Positions 58,341-64,000 of a stretch of 64,000 nucleotides of DNA are shown here, in pieces. This DNA comes from Thermodesulfobacteriota bacterium (GTDB lineage: Bacteria; Desulfobacterota; Desulfobacteria; Desulfobacterales; SURF-7), in the NCBI GenBank assembly GCA_049320885.1, contig JBMORA010000044.1, forward strand, positions 21,977 through 85,976, written 5' to 3'. The translations under genes and the position numbers were made by a program. Numbering within the stretch: the first letter of the stretch is position 1; every line of letters starts with the position of its first letter. Under the pieces are notes generated by a model. It saw only the letters and a list, made by a program, of their open reading frames with translations, did no database searches and was not told the DNA's origin.

Positions 58341-59273
58341 TTAAGCCGACAGGGTATCTTCAACTTTATCCGGACGGTTCACACTGGCAACAGGACAAGC
58401 GGATCGCAGGACGACCTGTTCGATGGTGGTGCCGAGCTCTGCCTGTTCCGGGTCGACATCGCGGGTGTGATGCGACATCACAATGAGATCGGCACTTTTT
58501 TCCCTGGCGAATTTCAGGATTTCCACATGCGGTATGCCCTCCCAGATTTCGATTTCATAATTGTCGAAACCATCCATTTTGGAGACATATAATTTCTCCA
58601 TTTTTTTATGGGCATCTTCAACCCGCTGCTCGATGGTTTCCTGGCCTTCTTCCCTGCCGAATTGGGTGTTGCTCAGGTCCACAGCATGGAACAGATACAG
58701 TTTGCAGCCGATTTCCTTGGCCGTCCGTAAAGCGAACAGAAAAGCCGAGTGGGATGCTTTTGAGAAATCCGTACCGAAAAGAATGTTATTGAAATACCAG
58801 AAACAGGTGGCGCATGGCCGGCTGATGATCAACACCGGACAGCGTGCTCCCTTGGCGACTTTGCGCATGGTGCTGCCGACAATATTGCGATAGCGTGCGG
58901 CGCCGACATCTTCCTTGCGGGTATGGGCTCCCATGACAATCAAATCCACATCTTCTTTCCGTGCTTTTCTTAAAATTTCCGTATGGGGCACTCCGACGGA
59001 ACATTCGATTTCACATTTTGGTGAGTCGAACAGTTGATTTGCGTAGGTGTTTTTCATTTCCTCCTTGACCCACTCAACATAGTCCTGGCCAAGAGATTCT
59101 TCTTCCCCGGTCCGGATGTCCACGACAAACGGACTGGCGCCATGGGTGGGGATACCGAACACATGAAAGGTGAACAGTTTGGAATCGTATTTCTTGGCCA
59201 AATCGAAAGCGACTTTCGCGGCATCGTCGCAGGTGGGGGATGCGGTTGTGGCAAACAGGATTTTATGAAACAT
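58341..59273 (-). CDS. Tandem-domain universal stress protein
   Basis: Two USP domains (DLIVMG...GST, ILFGTDFS...CPV). Confidence 0.92.
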   Translation of the reverse strand: MFHKILFATTASPTCDDAAKVAFDLAKKYDSKLFTFHVFGIPTHGASPFVVDIRTGEEESLGQDYVEWVKEEMKNTYANQLFDSPKCEIECSVGVPHTEILRKARKEDVDLIVMGAHTRKEDVGAARYRNIVGSTMRKVAKGARCPVLIISRPCATCFWYFNNILFGTDFSKASHSAFLFALRTAKEIGCKLYLFHAVDLSNTQFGREEGQETIEQRVEDAHKKMEKLYVSKMDGFDNYEIEIWEGIPHVEILKFAREKSADLIVMSHHTRDVDPEQAELGTTIEQVVLRSACPVASVNRPDKVEDTLSA

Positions 59274-59341
59274 ATGGTCGCCTCCTTATAAAACCTGGTG
59301 GTGATTGATGGGTACTCACAAAAAGTTCTGCCGATGAGTTT

Positions 59342-59357
59342 TGCAAGTTGAATGCCT
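59342..59357 (-). promoter_or_regulatory. Sigma-54 -24/-12 promoter for the usp-tmc operon
   Basis: Minus strand AGGCATTCAACTTGCA (GG-N10-GC, TTGCA); divergent enhancer-binding protein adjacent. Confidence 0.6.
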
Positions 59358-59571
59358 GCCAGGGTTTTTATATTGGTGAAACATGGTAATATTTTAAAAT
59401 AAAAACAAATAATAAACTTCACCTGGGTTTGCGGTGGGACCGATGTGACTATTTTGTGGAACAATATAAACCCGTGTGTTATAAATAATGGGAACAATAT
59501 GAACCCGATTGCTGGGTTGAAATGGTTTCCAACAAATTGTGGGTGCCTGAATCCCACAGAAGAGAATCGCC

Positions 59572-60891
59572 ATGCAGTCGATTATCAATAATTATCACAT
59601 CATTCTGGAAAGCATTGAAGAAGGGGTTTTCACGGTCAATCTGGACTGGCGGATCATGTCTTTCAACCGTGCCGCGGAGAAAATAACCGGGATTTCCAAA
59701 CAGAATGCCATGGGCAGGCCCTGTGCCGAAGTGTTCAGAACCAATGTCTGCAGAGATGACTGCGTATTGAAAAAAACCATTGTCACCGGCCGTCCACAGA
59801 TCAACATTCCGGTCACCATCACCCGGGCTGACAATAAAAAAATTTACATCAGCGCCAATACCGCGGTGCTAAAGGTGTCCAGCGGAAAAGTAATGGGCGG
59901 CGTGGAAATTTTCCGGGATCTGACTGCGTTGAATGAGCTCCAGAAAGCCTATCTGAAGCAACATTCGTTTGAAGATATTGTGAGTAAAAACGAGCGGATG
60001 TTGAGGTATTTTTCCATTCTTCCGCAAATCGCCGAAAGTGACAGCACGGTGCTGATCACCGGAGCTACGGGAACCGGAAAGGAATTGTTTGCCCGGGCGA
60101 TTCACAACAACAGTTTGAAAAAAAACGGGCCTTTTGTAGCTGTCAATTGCGGAGCCATGCCGGATACATTGATAGAGTCGGAGCTTTTTGGATATAAAGC
60201 CGGCGCCTTTACCGACGCGAAAACCGATAAGGCCGGCCGATTCGCCCTGGCTCAAAACGGAACGATTTTTCTGGATGAAATCGGCGATATTTCTCCCGCC
60301 TTACAAGTGCGGCTTCTGCGCGTGCTGCAGGAAAAAACCTATGAGCCTCTGGGGGCCACCAGTACAATGAAATCCAATGCGAGGATCATTGTGGCTACCC
60401 ATCATGATCTGGAAGCGTTGGTCAAAGAGAACAAATTCAGGGAAGATTTGTTTTATCGCATCAATGTCATCAAGATCTCACTTCCACCACTGGCGGAAAG
60501 AAAAGAAGATATTCCCTTGCTGGTGGATCATTTCATCGAACATTTCAACCGGACAACCGGAAAGCAGATTATCGGACTGAGTCAGGAAGCCATGAGCGCA
60601 TTCATGATGCATGACTGGCCTGGAAATGTCCGTGAGATGGAGAATGCCATCGAGCACGCCTTTGTCTTGTGCCGATGCGACCTGATCGGGCTTGAGGTTC
60701 TGCCGGATCGGTTTCAACCTCAACACGGGGCCATATTCATGCCCACCGGCATGACCCTTGACGATATCGAGCGAATGGCCATTTTACAGGCCCTGAAGCG
60801 CAACCAGGGGAAACGCATGGCCACAGCCCGGGAATTGAATATCGATAAAAACACCTTGCGCCGTAAAATGCACCGTCATAAAATTGCGTGA
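59572..60891 (+). CDS. PAS-domain sigma-54-dependent Fis-family activator
   Basis: PAS; GATGTGKE, ESELFG, GAFTDA, FLDEIG, WPGNVRE; C-terminal HTH. Confidence 0.95.
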   Translation: MQSIINNYHIILESIEEGVFTVNLDWRIMSFNRAAEKITGISKQNAMGRPCAEVFRTNVCRDDCVLKKTIVTGRPQINIPVTITRADNKKIYISANTAVLKVSSGKVMGGVEIFRDLTALNELQKAYLKQHSFEDIVSKNERMLRYFSILPQIAESDSTVLITGATGTGKELFARAIHNNSLKKNGPFVAVNCGAMPDTLIESELFGYKAGAFTDAKTDKAGRFALAQNGTIFLDEIGDISPALQVRLLRVLQEKTYEPLGATSTMKSNARIIVATHHDLEALVKENKFREDLFYRINVIKISLPPLAERKEDIPLLVDHFIEHFNRTTGKQIIGLSQEAMSAFMMHDWPGNVREMENAIEHAFVLCRCDLIGLEVLPDRFQPQHGAIFMPTGMTLDDIERMAILQALKRNQGKRMATARELNIDKNTLRRKMHRHKIA

Positions 60892-60942
60892 GCGGATGTG
60901 TATGGATTTGATCTGGTGCTTTCCGAAAAACCATATCCGGCG

Positions 60943-62538
60943 CTATTTTTTTATGGAGCCGCATAATTCGCGGTACACCTGTGTATCAACGGCATATATC
61001 AGGCCATCTTCATAATCGATTTGACCGGTTTTATACAATTCGGCCAGGGAAGCGTCCAAGGGGGTAAAATCCTCTGAGCCGATCTGCATTTGAGCGCGGA
61101 TTTGATGGGTTTTGGATTCGCGGATCATATTTTTTATCCGGTATGAATTGACCAGGCTTTCCAAAGCAAGAACCCTGCCGGTCTTTTTTTTGTTGGGCAA
61201 CAAGCGTTGGGAGATGCTGAGCAGCAGGGAATCCGCCAACATGTTTCTCGTCAATGTCTGCTGGTGGGAAGGGAACATGTTGACCACTCTTTCAATGATC
61301 GAGGTGGCGGTGTCGGCATGCACCGTGCTTAATACCAGATGCCCCGTATTGGCTGCAAACAATGCGATTTCAAAAGTTTCCCAATCACGCAGCTCTCCCA
61401 CGACAATCACATCCGGCGCTTGTCTGAAGATATGGCGCAATCCACTCGCAAAGGTTTCCGTATCCCGGCCGACTTCTCTTTGGTTGATATTGCTTTTCTT
61501 GTGTTTATAAAGGTATTCAACGGGATCCTCGAGGGTGATGATGTTGCAGCGGCGGTTTTCGTTGATCAGGTTGACCATGGCGCAAAGGGTGGTGGACTTC
61601 CCATGGCCGGCAGGACCACAGACAAGAATCATCCCCTGGGGTTTCAGGACGTATTCCTTGATCCAATTTGGAACATTCAGTTTATCCAGGCTGGGTATTT
61701 TTTCCGTAAGATTTCGGATTGAAATGGAAACAGAATTGCGCTGGCGATATACATTGATCCGGAATCTGCCGATATCGGGAAAGGTGATGGCACAATCCTT
61801 CTCATTTTGCTCCATGAACACCTTCCATTCGTTTTCGGTCAACAGTTGTCTGGCATATGCCTCGCAGTCTTCCGGGCGTAATGACACTGCCGCCAGCCGT
61901 TTAACATCGTTGAACAGTTTTAATGACGGCGGAACACCAGCCGTCAACAGCATATCGCTTGCTTCCGATTTCACCAGATAGGTGAGAAGTGTTTTTAATT
62001 TTGGGGCTTTTCCGACTTCTCCCTTCACTTCCAAAACCATTTTTTCCAGGACATCGCCGCTTAACCCGTCTTCGTAGCTGGAGGTCAGCATTTTTACAGC
62101 GGTTTCAATCATAAAGGACGGGACTACTACCGGTTTGATTTTTCGGCCGAGACGAAATTCGAGATCGCTGATGGTCATCAGATCATGGGGGTTCACCATG
62201 GCCAGCGTCAATGTGGATTTTGTTGCGGATATGGGAAGGATTTTGAGTGCTTTGATTCGATCCAGGGGAATGAGCTGGATAACTTCCTGGGGAACGTTGA
62301 TATTAAATAAATTCGCACTGGGAATTCCGGATTGCTGGCTTAAAAAGGTGAGCAGATCATTGACGGAAATATACCCGAGTTCTATCAGGAGGGAACCCAA
62401 TGGGCGTTCCTCCTGGACCTGGCGCTTCAGAGCCTGCTGAAGTTGTTCACTGGAGATCAATCCTCCCTTGACCAGCATTTCTCCAAGACGATGTTTCCGC
62501 TGGGGTGATCCGTCCCTTACATTCGACCGTAGTTCCAT
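60943..62538 (-). CDS. pilT: PilT/PilU-family ATPase with N-terminal MshEN/GSPII_N domain
   Basis: RLGEMLVKGGLI...L..AL..Q tandem motif; GPAGHGKST, EDPVEY, QREVG.DT, PDVIVVGELRD, TGHLVLSTVH. Confidence 0.85.
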   Translation of the reverse strand: MELRSNVRDGSPQRKHRLGEMLVKGGLISSEQLQQALKRQVQEERPLGSLLIELGYISVNDLLTFLSQQSGIPSANLFNINVPQEVIQLIPLDRIKALKILPISATKSTLTLAMVNPHDLMTISDLEFRLGRKIKPVVVPSFMIETAVKMLTSSYEDGLSGDVLEKMVLEVKGEVGKAPKLKTLLTYLVKSEASDMLLTAGVPPSLKLFNDVKRLAAVSLRPEDCEAYARQLLTENEWKVFMEQNEKDCAITFPDIGRFRINVYRQRNSVSISIRNLTEKIPSLDKLNVPNWIKEYVLKPQGMILVCGPAGHGKSTTLCAMVNLINENRRCNIITLEDPVEYLYKHKKSNINQREVGRDTETFASGLRHIFRQAPDVIVVGELRDWETFEIALFAANTGHLVLSTVHADTATSIIERVVNMFPSHQQTLTRNMLADSLLLSISQRLLPNKKKTGRVLALESLVNSYRIKNMIRESKTHQIRAQMQIGSEDFTPLDASLAELYKTGQIDYEDGLIYAVDTQVYRELCGSIKK

Positions 62539-62591
62539 TGTTGTATTCCCTCAATTAAGGTGGCTGTCATCAAATCTAGAATTCAAAGCTC

Positions 62592-63878
62592 TCAAAATGT
62601 ATAGCTGGCCCGGAGGCCGATGGATCGTCCCCTGACCGACCAGAAGCCGGCCATTGGCAGTTGATAGCGGCTGTCATCGTTATCCAGAACGTTTTTGGCA
62701 TACAGGGCCAGATCCAGTTTCACCGCTGCAATATTTTTAAATAGCAGGTTCAGGTCTACAAAATGCTCCGGTCCCAGCATCAAATGGGTGCCTGGAGCGT
62801 CGGGGTTTTCCGCCCACATGTCCGTCCAGCCGCGATAATGAATATTCAGTGATGAATGGGGCAGCTTCCGGATGGCTTCATGCAATAAAAAATTGACCCC
62901 GATATTCCAGGAATGGTGCGGGAACTGGGTAAGTGCCTTGCCGTCTGTTACGAGATAGGAATTCAACCAGCTATAGGGTATGCCGGTGGCGGTGGTTCCG
63001 CTCAGCGTATCCATTTCAGCAAAAATGATCCAGGAATAGTTCCCATACCAGTCAAACAAGCTGCCGAGATTGTGACGAAAATCGAATTCAATGCCATAGC
63101 TGGTGATTTCGCTTGAATTGACATAGAGGGGGACGATCAGGCCGCTTTCGGTGTTGGTTTCCCGTCCATAAAAATTGAAGGCGTTATCGAAGGTGGTGTG
63201 ATAAGCGGTAAGGGTGCTCTCGAGTTTTTTTTGATTGTAGATAAGCTGCAGGTCATGCGAGAAAACCTCTTCCGATTCTTCAACCCCCTGGCTCGGCAAT
63301 GGGCCATAAAAAAAAGTGTCAACCAGCGGCTGCTGACCTAAAAAGCTTTTTCCCACCGGTGGGCGAACATAACCTGTATTAAACATATATTTGGCTGTCC
63401 ATCGGGGGGTCATGCCAAGAATCGCTGAAAAACGCGGCAACAATTTGGTGCCGTCCTCCCTCAACTCATTATGGTCCATACGAAGACCGAAAATAAGATG
63501 CAATTGGTTCAACAATCTCCAATCATCTTCAATATATAACGCAATCGTCTGGTCTTTTTCATCCGGCGCGGCCAAAAGGCGGTATTCCGAAGAACCGGAA
63601 GCACCAGGGGCGGGATGTTTTGCACTGTAAATCACCGGATCGATTTCCGTTTGAACGAACTGGCAGCCGGCCAGCAGGCGATGGCGAGCGAAAAGCGTTT
63701 CTCGCAGCATCAGTTCCGCGCCGAAATTATTTTCTCGGCTGGAATAGGATTCATCAATTGTATTCAGGCCAGGGGATAACAAGGGATTGGCCATTTGTTG
63801 CCAACGTTCCATCAGGTTAGTAAATATCTTGGTTTCAATGGACAGGGTTTCGTTCAGATTTTTCAGATGTCCGATCAT
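62592..63878 (-). CDS. TonB-dependent receptor-like barrel, N-terminally incomplete (possible pseudogene)
   Basis: LYIEDDW, GLRMDH, LLPR, KNVLD, C-terminal GRSIGLRASYTF; no signal peptide or plug; in-frame stop about 17 codons upstream. Confidence 0.7.
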   Translation of the reverse strand: MIGHLKNLNETLSIETKIFTNLMERWQQMANPLLSPGLNTIDESYSSRENNFGAELMLRETLFARHRLLAGCQFVQTEIDPVIYSAKHPAPGASGSSEYRLLAAPDEKDQTIALYIEDDWRLLNQLHLIFGLRMDHNELREDGTKLLPRFSAILGMTPRWTAKYMFNTGYVRPPVGKSFLGQQPLVDTFFYGPLPSQGVEESEEVFSHDLQLIYNQKKLESTLTAYHTTFDNAFNFYGRETNTESGLIVPLYVNSSEITSYGIEFDFRHNLGSLFDWYGNYSWIIFAEMDTLSGTTATGIPYSWLNSYLVTDGKALTQFPHHSWNIGVNFLLHEAIRKLPHSSLNIHYRGWTDMWAENPDAPGTHLMLGPEHFVDLNLLFKNIAAVKLDLALYAKNVLDNDDSRYQLPMAGFWSVRGRSIGLRASYTF

Positions 63879-64000
63879 TGCTGTCCGGTTAACTTTTTTA
63901 AAAACCGTGTAACATATAAATATATTTATCTATATTAACGAAAATATTTTTTCCGATTAAAGATTTTAAAAATTTATCAGTTTTTCGGCTTTTGGAACCA

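Overview
The gene content points to a sulfate-reducing deltaproteobacterium (Desulfobacterales-like). About 39 kb (1986-40904) is an integrative element bounded by a 42-bp direct repeat of tRNA-Leu(CAA). Unusually, the repeat is the 5' half of the tRNA, and both copies have a TTGACT-N17-TATAAA promoter. The element ends in a rep-xis-int module. It carries three cargo blocks: (i) an unannotated 30-aa peptide, a carboxylate-amine-ligase-like protein, a phosphatidylserine-decarboxylase-like protein and an Lgt-like protein, a candidate undescribed lipid/lipopeptide pathway; (ii) PEP/VPLPA-CTERM and CFI-box-CTERM surface proteins that share a duplicated domain, one behind a c-di-GMP-I riboswitch; (iii) a PstS-like protein, FKBP chaperones, TpsB, a giant TpsA, ExbB/ExbD/TonB and a putative porin, with no TonB-dependent receptor in the block. 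The host-like right part encodes a crotonase, a GlxA-type regulator, tsaC, a purD-purE fusion, ddl, a two-component cluster, the Tmc complex, a USP, a sigma-54 activator, an MshEN-PilT fusion and an N-terminally truncated TonB-dependent receptor. All family calls come from recognising motifs by eye; no database search was run.
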